Assembly (NCBI RefSeq): GCF_009914755.1
Contig: NC_060931.1
Strand: one strand, 5' to 3'
DNA length: 64,000 bases
Source of the DNA: the human T2T-CHM13v2.0 reference genome, Homo sapiens
Below, piece after piece: positions 44,686 through 57,554 of this stretch. The notes under the pieces are model-generated. The model saw nothing but the letters and a program-made list of their open reading frames with translations. It did no database searches and was not told where the DNA came from. Position 1 is the stretch's first letter; each line of letters begins with the position of its first letter. Both the position numbers and the translations under genes were made by a program.

Positions 44686-47600
44686 AATACTTGATTCTGC
44701 TTTGAGGACTTTGAATGTAGTTTTAGTTTTAAGACATGTCAGTGGGTTAGCGTTTGAAATTCACCTGGAAGAATGTTACTTGATTGAAGAGTCTCAAGGG
44801 TAGAAAGTCTCAAGGATAGAAAATGAAATGGCATTTAATGAAGAGACAGTGTTTTAAAGACTATAGCTTCATAATATGTTTTAATATCTGGTAGTGTTAG
44901 TCCCATGTCAATGCATTTTTCCATTTTGGGAAGCAGAATTTCTAAAGAAGTATTTTTGCCTGTTCATTTATTTTTCATGTGAACTTTATAATCTGCTAAT
45001 TTAGTTAAGGAGAACTCTTACTGATAAATTATAAAAATTGCATTGAATTTTTAGATTAAATTCAAGAGAATTGGTATAATACTGGGTCTGAGTCTTCCGA
45101 TCCACACAAAGGAAAGTTTTCCTTTTTAGCTCTCATTAGTATTTGAAAATTATCTTAATGTAGATATTACCCATTGCTTCTTAAGCTTAAATCTAGCTGT
45201 TAGTAAGTTCTTTTTGTGTGTGTAAATTAGCCAGGCCTGGTTTCTGTCACCTGTACTGAAACAGGTGAAATATAAATTAAGAAGGTCTCTATTTATCGAT
45301 GGTGGATGGGGGGGGGGGGCAAGTCTCTAACGTGATTTTTTTTACACATGGATAAATGCAGCACTCTTTAAATTTACAGTTTCAAAGTTGTTGGTTGAAT
45401 AATAGCAAATTTGCATTGCAGACAATAAGCCTTTTCTTGGGAAACTGGATCAAGAACTAGGTTATATTCTTTTTGATACTTAATATTAGACAATTCAGAT
45501 AAATTTTGGAGGCCCCAAATTAGATCAAATGGCAGAAAAAATGCCCAGATATTTAGAAGCAAGATATTTTAACTAGTGAGCCAGGACCAGTGCCAAGACC
45601 AGAATTATTTTGGGGATGGGCTGTTGTCAGACAACTGAATTCCTTCTCAACTGTCCCTTTGGCATAGTGTGTATGTTCTTGGAGGAAAATTTGGTATGTA
45701 AGTGTGTTTTATGGGCATCTGTGAAAATCAGAGGGAGAAACAGAGCTAGGGAGAGAGAAAAAGACAGACAGAGATAGGCAGCTAATTCATAAAGCTGTAA
45801 CATGGAGCGTACAGGAGAATTTTGACAAATAGTAGTTGCAGGGTTTTTCCACCCTTATCCCTAAGGACATATGTTGCTAAGGGCACATGAAAATTTTACA
45901 TGTGATCATGAGAATATTATGTAAATTCAAACTGAAAAACTGAGGGAAGAACAATCCAGACTGAACTTATAAATAATAGTAATCCATATAATTTTTAAAA
46001 GTAAGATATTTTATATCTGAAGATGAAGTTTTAAGATATATTGATAGCAACTGCATATGGAAGTTTCCTATTTTATTAATATCAAATAATTTATTAAGTA
46101 ATATATTTTGATTTATTATATTTTTTAAGTTAGTATATTATTAAAAAGTGATTTATACAATAAAAATATAAGAAATAAAATATGTATGAAGTAAAAAAAA
46201 CCCATTCTTAGTGACTCAAACTAATGCTATTAAAGGTACCCAATGTTAACAATTTTGTGAATATCTTTTTAATATTTATTTCCTCTATATATTATATTTA
46301 ATAAACATATAATCTTATATATGATATCTTGAACATCATATTTTTTACTCAACCTCTCATGAAAATTTCCACTTCAGCATACATACATCAATCTCTTTCT
46401 AATGATGTTTCATATTGTATCACATTCTACATGTATTGCACCATATGTTTAGTGCTTTTATTGAACTAAGTACTGAAATACAAAATTTCTAGACAAAATA
46501 TTAGTTAACTTAGTAGAGTAATGTTCATTACAGAAACTATGAGAAGATCATAAAATGTTGGTAGTGTTTAGTTTTCAAAAACTCTGAGTCTCTCATGTCT
46601 TTGATTCCATAATCAAGTCTCTAGTCCCATGTCCAATCTATAAGACCAAAGTGCAAATATATAGAATTTCTGGCAATCGGTCAGAGGTTTTACTCTTCAT
46701 GTTTCCATAACTACTTGATTCTATTCCTAACTAATATGAATCTTATGTTCTGTGGATCTTAGTCTCATTCCTGCATCTTGCCCGTTATATTTAAGATGTG
46801 TATGTGGTATCTCCAGTATTTGACACTTTCTAGAAGAATATGACTTAAATATTTGGATCAAGGCTCCATGCTACAGTGGGAAGAGTAGCAATCACTGACA
46901 CTTTATTATTCAGGAATCTTTACTGGACCAGTGCTTATATCACCATGGGGGAGGGTGAGTGAGTTTGGAATTTCATATGGGCCATATACAATTGAGCAAA
47001 TGGAGAGTGAAGTTGGGTTTGGGGCTTTGAAAACAAGGGTTAATATAAGGCGCATTCATGTATAAAAGTAATAAGCCTATTTTTAAGTCTTTATTTAATA
47101 AGTGATTTTTGCTTAAGGATATTGATAAAATATTTTCGTTAGGTTCAAAATATAAATATAACTGTGTTGGATTCTAGCAAGATAATCTTGCTGGAGTGAA
47201 TTAAATTACTTTGGTTATTCTGTCAAAGTTTCTTTGAAGAGATAAATCCTGAGCTATGTTTTAATGCTGAAGGAATGGTTCCAGGTTATAGTGGAAGTTC
47301 CTCGCATGGACAAGGTATGGCATGTGTGATGATATTAAGACTTGTGTGTTTATTAGCATCTGCTTTCCAAAATGTTTTTATATGCATATTTGTAGGGAAG
47401 AGAGAGGCTGAACAAAGACAAAGAAGGAGCCAAAGCTGGAATGAGTTTAGAAGACAAAGAAAGAGGTGCTGCAAATCGTTTTATTGGTTTAAATTTATAT
47501 AACCTTTGTGAGGTTTTTCATTGCTTCACAATGTGGAAATGTATGTTTCTGCCATACATGCATGTGTAACTTGCCATGCATATTTATTTCTGTATGAAAT

Positions 47601-47864
47601 CATCATTTTGGTAACTCCTTCAGGACTCAAAATGAATTTGAGATGCATTTATAGCACTATTTTGTAAGCTTCAAAAATAGTCTAGCTGAAATGTCTTAAG
47701 CCACAAACAATATTTTTCTTCAAAGTAAATCCATCACTGAATAAAACTCAATATAAGTATTTCCAGGTAATTTTTGAAAGTTCTGCATGAGTAGTTGTAA
47801 TATTTTGTATCTATAATTTCTGTATTTGAAACATTTAAGAGCCTCCTTGAGTTGGGATGGCTGC

Positions 47865-47930
<66 letters not shown>

Positions 47931-47941
47931 TGTATATATGT
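47865..47941. repeat. Compound (TA)6(TG)22(TA/TATG)n microsatellite
   Basis: Read directly. Confidence 0.96.
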
Positions 47942-49312
47942 AGTTGGACTTAAATTAGTAAATACTTCAATATGAGATTCCATTTTTATCCCAAAGGCAG
48001 AGAAGTAGTAAACAGTTAAGAGATATGTCCTAAATAAACTAAAGTCATATTATGACCTAAATGAAATAAAATATTGATTTATATCCAATAAGCCTCTAAT
48101 TTATTTTCAAGATTGAATACTAGAATTTACATCCTAGCTATGGATGCCAGAGATTAAAAAAATGTGTGTATTTGATATTTTACTTTCTCCTAAAAGTCTG
48201 CTCCAGGTTTTGTTTGTTTGCTTGCTTTATTGTCAAAAGAAGGCCAGAGGGAATTTATACTGTGGATAAAGTCTCATGCGTCAAGCACATTCTAGCCACA
48301 TGTTTAGGGAACATTTTTAAAAATGAAATTTAACTGATATTTTTCAAGTTGCAGGTTACACAGTGTTCAATATATTCGTCAGAATACTTAAATTGATTAA
48401 AACACTAGCTTTTTTTTTTACAAAGTAGACAGCAGTTAATATTATAGGTAAATATCTTTCAAGAAAAAACAGTTCTACAAACAGCCAAGTATGAATATGA
48501 TCTCTAACCTGTTTCTGACATAATATATTCACGAAAAAAACTCCTGAAACTAGATATATAGCTTGCAAACTATTCAGAACCTTTCTATTTTCATAAATAT
48601 TCCTAATGGCATTCTGCACTATCTTTTTGCCTGAATACTTTCCAATCAAGTGATCTCATGAAAGAATATAGAAATTTAGCACTTAGAAGGCTCCTGTTTT
48701 TCACAGTATATTTATGTGTCATCAATTGAATGTCAATTACTAACTTCAGTTCTTATGAGAACTTTTGAGCCCAAGCAGTTTTGAAAGATTCATTGTCATT
48801 GCTGTTGTTGAGGTACACACTTATCTATAGATACTTTCCTGAAAGGCTTGAAACCAGAGCAAAGAAAAGCATTTGCAATTTTCAGTAGGCTCAGAAATAA
48901 TAACAGATTCTGAATTTTCACTGAAAATTGCTCTCTTACCATTTGTTTGACATATTATTGGTTCAAGGCAAATTGTTACATGAAAAAAATAGAACTAATA
49001 TTTCCTTTGTGAAATGCTGATAATTAATGGTTATTATATCTAAGCTTACAGCTATATAAGAACAGTATAAAAATTGTCTTAAATCAAATGGCCAATTTGC
49101 CAACATTGTATGTCATTAACACTTTATCGTTTCACAATTACAGAAGAGCTCTCTTAATCTCCCTCCACTTAACTGAGTTTCAAGATGAACCAACATCGTT
49201 TACAATGACTGGTGTGGTTTATGCACATAGGCTCAGGGTTCCCTAACTATATTCCAGAACACATCACTTACTTGTTCCCTCAACAATCAGGATGTATCAA
49301 GAAGGGATTGTG

Positions 49313-49595
49313 GGATGGGCGTGGTGGTTCATGCCTATAATCCCAGCGCGTTAGGAGGGAGGCCATGGTGGAAGGATCACCTGAGTCAGGAGTTCGAGAC
49401 CAGCCTGGCCAACATGGTGAAACCCCGTCTCTACTAAAAATACAAGAAAATAAGCGGGCATGGTGATGCATGCCTGTAATCCCAGATACTCAGGAGACTG
49501 AGGCAGGAGAAGCCCTTGAACCCAGAGCAGAGGTTGAAGTGAGCTGAGATGGCACCACTGCACTCCAGCCTGGAAGACAGAGTGAGACTTTTGTT
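49313..49595 (+). mobile_element. AluS(x)-like element lacking a poly(A) tail
   Basis: ggatcacctgagtcaggagttcgagaccagcctggccaacatggtgaaacccc; body ends gagtgagacttttgttt and passes straight into unique sequence. Confidence 0.92.
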
Positions 49596-50819
49596 TGGAG
49601 TATTTCTATAAGCGTCACATGTTCAGATGTCACATAAAGAAAACTTATTATTAAAATTTGACTTTCCCAGTTTCTTTCATATTTAAGAACAGCTCTAGTT
49701 ACATGTGACTACCTCTTCCAGAGACTAACTATAATAGGGGAGTAAATATCTGGTAATGTTTGTACTTATTTGAAAAAAAAAATTCCATTCTAGAACTTTA
49801 AGACGTTGAGTTATTTGAAAAATTACTGTGAAAAAAAGAAAAAGATGACCTTATCTTACATGTTAGATTCCTGATTCCTTGCTAAAACATTTATGAAATA
49901 CAAATTAGGTACCTCAGAAAAGGAAATGTCAAATAAAGAAGAAATCTGTGGGATCAGAGATGATGGTATGTTTAAATTTTTTCCATTAATTTTTCACAAA
50001 AATTTCATTACTTATTTGTCTCACAGGTACAATAAGTTTTTCTCTTTTCAAATTAGCCATTTATAGCTTTTCACCCTATGGGCAGAGTGCTTTTACAATC
50101 CTTAGTCATGACTGTTTTAAGATTTGAGGTTTGGCTCTACTGTTTTAACTATAGTGTTTGGTGTATTATAAAACAGGAAACAATGGATGAAGTTGATTAT
50201 TATTGCTATTTTATTATAAATGAGCTTTTATTTAAAGAGAGATTCTGGCATCAAACTAAGTAAGTTATATTTTATAAATGCTAAGTTTAGTTATAATGTT
50301 CAATACTGCCAGCATACATTGTCTTTCAGGGTAGTATAAAAATAAGACCCTCTTGTTAGAAGTTTTTCAAGGGCCTGAACTTTACACCTTTTATACCATT
50401 TCCACATGAGGACAGTCTTTCCACTTTATAGTGCTAATAAATTTTCTCTGAGGAAAAAGTAATAGGTTTTAGTCATGCTTTCAGGAAAAATCTTGTAGGT
50501 TCAGATAAAATTTAACCTTTGACTAAACTTGATTTGTACTCTAAAAGTTAAGAAGACAGAATCCAGATAAATGAAAACAATATACATTTAAAATATTTCT
50601 TTAAAAATAACTAATATTGAAGTAATAAAGAATGTGTAATTGTAGCGCTAAATGCCACTCATTATTTTAAAACCTAAGAGATGAAGAGGGTCATGTAAAC
50701 ATACAAATAATACAGTCAGAAAACATTGCCATTGAGAAAATTTACAGATTAAATACAGGCATTTAATCAATCACATGAGACCAACTTCATAAATACAGTT
50801 TTGGGTTGCCCATTGCAAA

Positions 50820-52350
50820 CATAGGAACTACAAATTTTAGAATTGGAAGTGGAATCAGAGATTTACCAGTAGAACATTCTCCACCCAACATATAAATCAT
50901 TCAATGTAAAAATAAATTGAATAATGTACTTAAGTAATGCCATCCCTAATTCTTCTTGAGTTTTCCAATGACTGAAAGAGTCTCTTCAGAAAATATTCAT
51001 GTATTATTTATAATTTTATAATATTCTCTCATTCCTGTGAAAATTTTTTGGATGCAACTTCTACCCACTGATTATAGTTTAATTTCTACATATCTTATTC
51101 AACAAAATTTTGAGTGACTAATTTTTATTAGGCAACATATTTCTTTTTATATACATCTGATGAAAAGAAGGCAAATAGCTCAGAAGACTCATTGAGGCAG
51201 CATTCATAGGAAAGAAATAATAAAGACAGGAAAAGAGGTGTTAGAGTTATGCGTTGTCTACCATTATCTGAAGCAGTGCAAAGCAAAGCATCAGGGACGG
51301 ATGTCAGATTCCAGAAAGGTGATCTTTACAACTCTTCGCTCCTTTCCTAGAATGATTAGGGGATGGAATATAATAATACCAAGTGCTCTCTTGTCAATTC
51401 AGTGTTCAGAGAAAGTGACGGTACAACGGGTACCACTATTCCTCTGAAGAGAGGGCAGTCAAGCTCCAAGCCAAAGATTACAGTAAGATTTGCCATGTTT
51501 GTGTTTATGATTAGGGGGCTGGAAGTTCTTGACTAAGGTGAATGATTATTTTAAGTACCTTACTGGGAGCATAACAATTTCTCACCAGTTCTGTAGGAGG
51601 CCAGTTTCTTTTCTCTGAAACCAGCCTTAATGGAACCAGGCTTGGAAAAGTTAAACCTTACCTATCAAAATATTTTCAAATATTTGAAGGCAACTTGCAT
51701 TTTCCTGTAAGCTTTCCTCTTTACTTAAATGCACAGATAGTCTGCTGCAAGCCTTGAACTCCTTGAGTGCAAGGATCATTTTTTCATCCCATTATCAAGC
51801 ACAGTTTTGTTTTATAGTGTGCACTTCAATGTTTGTAGAATGCATGGATAATCATAGCCCTAATCCAGGGTATTGGTTCAGCATTCTTTCCATAACACTG
51901 AAGTTTATGGAGGTTCCTCTTTAAGTTGGTGCCCAAAACCAGGAACCATCTTCCAGATCTGTGCGTTTAACTTTCTTTTATATTGCCATATGTAAATTAG
52001 CACAGTCCAAAAGTAGATTTCTTTTAAGTATCAGAGTAACACTGTTGGCTCATTTTGAGATTGTGGTCATATAAAATCTTGGACCTTTCCATGAACTCTT
52101 GTCATTCCAGAAGACCAACCCATATATTACATTCAGAAGAAAAATGGTCTCATCTTGTAGCAGTCACATCCTGTACTTAGAAAATTATCTTTTGAACTTA
52201 AAATCAGGGCCACATGTTTTCTCCTTTATACTTCATCTTGCTGCTCTAAGTTTATTTCATTCTAACAAGCTCATTTTGCATTCTAAATATATCACCCTAC
52301 ATATCAGCAACCCCACATTGCCTTCTGAAGACTTGACAAACATATCTTAA
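50820..52350 (-). mobile_element. L3/CR1 LINE relic in two or more pieces (~50820-51090, ~51660-52350) with intervening sequence
   Basis: ttttagaattggaagtggaatcagagat; ttcaaatatttgaaggca; ggtgcccaaaaccaggaac; cactgttggctcattttgagattgtggtca; catcctgtacttag, all resembling antisense CR1/L3 motifs. Confidence 0.6.
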
Positions 52351-52554
52351 TAGTAAACAAAATCAATCATTTACAAAAGAACAAGTCCCTGTGGCTGGTA
52401 CAATCAACTAGGTTTGACATATATGCACTCATCACAATTAATTTGATTTTTTTTTGTTTAGCAACTATGAGTTAGAGCAACCCACGTAAAACAAAACAAT
52501 ATGAAAAATGTGCAGCTATTCTATTTTCTTAATCTTGCAATCTACCATCATATG

Positions 52555-52760
52555 AAGGAGTGTGGAGTGAAGAACTAAGAATGAGTTTGCAACTTAGATT
52601 CAGATTTCCACTCCAACACTCTATAACTGTGTATGTTCAGCATTAGCCACTCTGAGTTTAACTTTTCCTTATTTACCAGAACGATGTTGGCGTGAGCTTT
52701 GAGATGGTGTGTGTATTGCACCATTGCAGTTCTGGGACTTGCAATAGAAATGAATTAAAT
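52555..52760 (+). mobile_element. MIR, degenerate
   Basis: acttagattcagatttccactccaacactctataactgtgtatgttcagca...cactctgagtttaacttttccttattt. Confidence 0.45.
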
Positions 52761-52956
52761 ATTGAATTCCTCCTCTATATAGAAAGGACACAAGAACATT
52801 TTGAACTATGGATATTATAAACCTGTTTGCTATTTGTTGATCGCCTTGTCTTTACATTTTATTTGATCTCAATACATCTGAAGTTTATGGTTTTTTAGAG
52901 TCTGTATTTTAGTTTTTAAATATTGAGATAGCTGTACACCTCTATTATTTTGGGCC

Positions 52957-53377
52957 TGTGTTTGTCCAGGACTTCTGAGAAGCAGATGCCAAGATAGGAT
53001 TAAATGTGCAAGGGTATTATTAGAGAACCAACTGTGTGGAGGAAAACGAAGAGGGAACAGAGAATTTCTGAAAGAGCCTTGGGACCTAAGTGAAGGAGAG
53101 GGAGAAAAAGTTGTATAGAAGCCCTCTAGACAGTTGAGCAGGCTAAGGAAGTATTAGTAAAACCATCCGAGAGTCCTTCAGCCAAAGTCAAAGTCCTCAG
53201 AGCAGTCTGTGTCTGCTGGCGGCAGTGCTGTCTTTGTATGCTTTCCATGCTTGGTCATTGGCTGGGGGCACTCTGTGGGAAGCATGGCTTCAAAGCAAAC
53301 GCTAAGATAGAATAGAGAGCACTGTAGCATCAGTCTTAATCAATTAAACCTCCTGTTGTTGGAGGTCTATGAGGCAG
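52957..53377 (-). mobile_element. Solo ERVL LTR, LTR40/41-family-like
   Basis: gtccaggacttctgagaagcagatgccaagataggattaaatgtgcaag...cttggtcattggctgggggc...gggaagcatggc. Confidence 0.7.
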
Positions 53378-56300
53378 GGCCTCTTTGAAAAGTCTGGGTC
53401 TTTATTAAAGAAAAGTGTAAATAATGTATAGTATAGATCATGATGAACTGTATCCTAATAAGGATTTTTTTTAAGTAACGTTAAAAACATGACTTTTTGG
53501 AGGTCTTGTTATAAATGAGCATCTGCAAAATACAAAGATAATAACTCATATTAATGTTTTGACGTCATGTAATATAAATAGGCATAAGCACGATTAAAAA
53601 GAATAAGAAGAGAAGAAGAAAATGGAAAGGAAGGAGGAGAAGTAAGAGGTAGAAAATGCTCCCACAAACAACACTGATACAAAATACCACCAAAAGCTAT
53701 GAAACATATGGTGCATTATAAGGGACCTTGGATATTGCCCAATACAAACTTCTCATCTTAAAAATTAGGAGACAGAAGCAGAGATTTAAGTAATTTTGTC
53801 AAGGCTACGCAAATCCTTGACTTTGTTCTTTACGTTGTATCACTTTAGTAGCTTAGTTACCAAATGGTAATTATAAAAGGTTCTAAAACATAGTAGGTAA
53901 ATGACCTGGCAGTGTAGGATTGAATCTTATTACCAACACATGGTCACATAAAGCAAATTGATTTAATGTCACCTATAATATTCATAGTCTAGAAAAGCAG
54001 ACATTGTTGCTGTTTTCTAAAGAGCTAAAGCAGAATCTCAAGTACAGTTCGGCAGAGACTGGCAAGCCATTTTCTGTCCTAAACACAGGGAATAATTGTG
54101 AATAATAAAGCTCCTTGATTACAAAAGAGTTCATTGTTAAAGCTATGATATCACATTGATAATGCAAGTGCAGTTCTCCAAACAGGTGAGTGGAAGATGA
54201 ATGGAAGAACTTCACAGTTGACATGGGACCCAGGGAGAACTAGCACTGTTTTTTGATATTTTTGCAGGGTTACTTAAGTGTGTGCTGTAAAGAGGGTAAG
54301 GCTAGTTGGAACATCAGAGCATCATCTAAACTGCCAGTTTTGGATGGCAGATAACTTCACAAAGGTCCACTTTCAAACTCTGTTAATTATAAATATTTTT
54401 AACGCAAATGTGCTTCCAGTGAAAAAATTTTTCATTAATCCAATGTCCTCCTTAGAATTTAAGCATGAAATAAGCAAAACAAAGAAGCAATAATAGTCAC
54501 TTATACTTTGGAAACTCACCAAACAAGATATAATCTTTTTTTATTACAAATTTTGAAATAGTGAAGAGTCAAAATCATTCAGATACAAGATTATGGAGTT
54601 TGCTTGTTTATTGTTTTTTTTACAGAATAACTCTATCTATAGTTACATAGTTTTAAATTTCTAATGTCTACAAGTGGAATTTTTCTTTTCTTCTAATTTC
54701 TGAGAATGAGCAAATGGAAATAATGCTGATTATACTTAATGAGAATAAATATAATGTCATAAAGATATTATTATGTAAAATGTATAAACGGAAAGTATGA
54801 AATAAAAACAGTGAAAACTTGACTCACAAATTGTTTCTGACAAAGTTATTCAATTGGTGTTGCAGAGACCACACCTCCATTCCCTTCCACACCTGTCCCC
54901 ATCCCCCATTTCTGTGCTCCACTGCAAGGCAATTCAGTCTTCCGAGGTTTATACTCCACAGTTCTTGACAACAGGAGATAAGTCCTGTAATTTTGTTAAT
55001 CCCCACTGAAATGCTGGGATTATTGCCATATGACTCTTAATGTAAAAAACTAAGCAACAAAAATATGTTTAGCAAATATAGCCATGAATTATTTCAGTAA
55101 AACTGTTAACTATGGTTTGTGTTTAAAAAGATAAATAAATGTAGAAATACAAGAACACAACAGCCTCTGTAAACTGAGATTAGTGTTCCATTACAAAACT
55201 AGAAGGTACTATGAGTTTTGGTATAAATTGAGGGAAGAGGGGCTTTAGTTGTTATGCTTTCTAGTAAAAATTTTAGCTTCAACCTAAACCATTATAATAA
55301 TAAGCATTGAATTCTATGTTTTCTTGTCACTAACAAGCAAAGAATAATATCTCATTATATTATGTATTGAAAGATTCTTCTTTGAACTCAAAAAGAAGAG
55401 AAAGGCTGTCAACATATCCATCTTTAAAGAATATAAGATATTAAGAATGAGAAATTTCCACCATTCATTCAGTTTTTAACACCATTAATTAGGAATTTTA
55501 TCACTCAGTATTATGGACATTTAACAATTTGCCTAAGGCCATGGTGACAAATCTACAGAAGGACAAATAATCTACAAATTCTTGATTTTTACTTCATAAC
55601 CCACAACAATAGGCCACCCAGTTGCTGAATATTTGTAAACATTAAGAGAAACACCTAAGGGTCAGTTTTAGAAGACAAATGCCATCACACAGTTTAAATT
55701 ACCAGGAAACAAAAGAAAATAATAAATAAAATCAACAAGGCCTTCATAAAGGAGGCAGTTTTCCATTTCTAGACACAATTATTTATTTATAAATAAACTT
55801 ATTTTTAGTTGAGTTTCAGGTGCTTTTACAGCTACAAGCTGATGACTGAAAGTGACCATTGATATCACTTACTCTATTCCCTGTTTCCCTAAGTGGCACT
55901 TAAATACTCCTATCCAATTGATGACTGTACTTCAAGTGACTGCCAGAGAAGGGGATCCCTAATCTCTCAGTTGGAAATTCAAAGTTGTCTTGTGTACAGG
56001 GAGTTATAATAAAGTAACTTAAATTATTCTGAAGTATTTAGATTTAGAGAAGAATTAGTCATTATCCTTCTTCATAATAGCATTAATATTTTTGAAGTGA
56101 ATCTCTGTATTTGATCTTCCATACTCTAAGAAAGCTGGTAGTGTTTCCCCAGTTCTAGCATTCCCACTTGACAGTCTAGTTCCTTTTGAATTTTTAAGAT
56201 TGATTTGGTGACTTTTGATTTTTGAATTGATGTACATTGTCCTTTTCTAGCCTTTCCACAGCATTATAGCACAGAAGCAAAATATCACTTAATAGGATTA

Positions 56301-57362
56301 AGTTACAGATTTAGGTAATGGTAGGCATTGCTCCTCCTACCGGCTAGGTACCAGCTATCTGCAATGTCTGCACATCACTACCTTAGAAATTAGACACCTA
56401 TAGTTGACCTATTATCAGATTGATGGTTGTAAGGTAAAAATAGACATGAAGACAGATAAAAAAGTTATGTATTTCTTCTTTAACAAAATGAACATCTTGC
56501 CTTATGGCTTTAAACCTGTAAAAATGCCAAGGGAGTTTTATTCTTTTCCTTATCTAGCAAACCAAAACTTTAGTGCTTACAAAAATCTGCCCAAGGACAT
56601 AAAGTCTGGCTCAATTTATTGTAATTTCTTTTAATGAGAGGAAGCCAGAAAATGTGCTAGTTTGGGTCAGGTTGCTAGATTTGCTACAAGAAAAATCAGA
56701 CCACATTACAAAGATTTATCAGATAATTATGTTTTATTTAACAATAAACTAAAAACTGAGGACTTATAAAGGATTGAAGACAGAGACAGAAAAAAATTGA
56801 AATTCTGAATCTGTTGCTTTTCTCAAAATCATATTCACACATCCAAATAAGTAAATAAATGTCTTCTCCATTTCAAACTATGCAAGGCTCAGGGAAATGT
56901 GCAATGGGGCAAGGAAGATCATTGCTTCAAGAAGAGGGTTATAATTATAGTTCTGCCATAGATTTATTCAAACAAATCACTTATATTTGATAAGTGGGAT
57001 TGATAAATCACTTACATGGGATACATTCAGATCAGCTGGTTTTCCTCTTTGATACTAAAACATAGTTTCTTCTGTAAACTGCAAAACAAAATTTATTAAA
57101 AGAAAGAAGACAAATGTCTTTATCAACTGATGACACTTTCTTAAATATAATATGCTTACTAACAGTACATTATTTGGTCCAAACGAGAGTTAATTCTAGC
57201 ATAGTTAAGAATTTTCATACTGGCAAATGTCCTGTTGGTTTCACATGAGTACCTGAGTGTCTTTCACAACGTATATTTATGCATCTGGTCAAATGTTATT
57301 GAAGTATCTCTGTTCTTTGTCATTTCTTTGTTAGTAGATAGGGGATAGGGCTCATTGAAGAG

Positions 57363-57364
<2 letters not shown>

Positions 57365-57396
<32 letters not shown>

Positions 57397-57415
57397 ATCT
57401 ATCTATGTATCTATC
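57365..57415. repeat. (TATC)n tetranucleotide (GATA) STR
   Basis: (TATC)8 ATC TATC TATG (TATC)2. Confidence 0.95.
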
Positions 57416-57554
57416 CCTTCTCCAGTTTCTTGAAGGATAATTTCTTATACATGGGGAAATATTCTTGAAAATATTTGGATGTGGTTTCCATATGTGTATA
57501 TGATTTCATAACAACATTAATTTGTATATGGATTATATAAATATATTACTTACC

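Noticed and set aside
44790-44821. 16-bp tandem duplication agtctcaagg(g/a)tagaa
   Set aside because: Real, but an ordinary slippage microduplication
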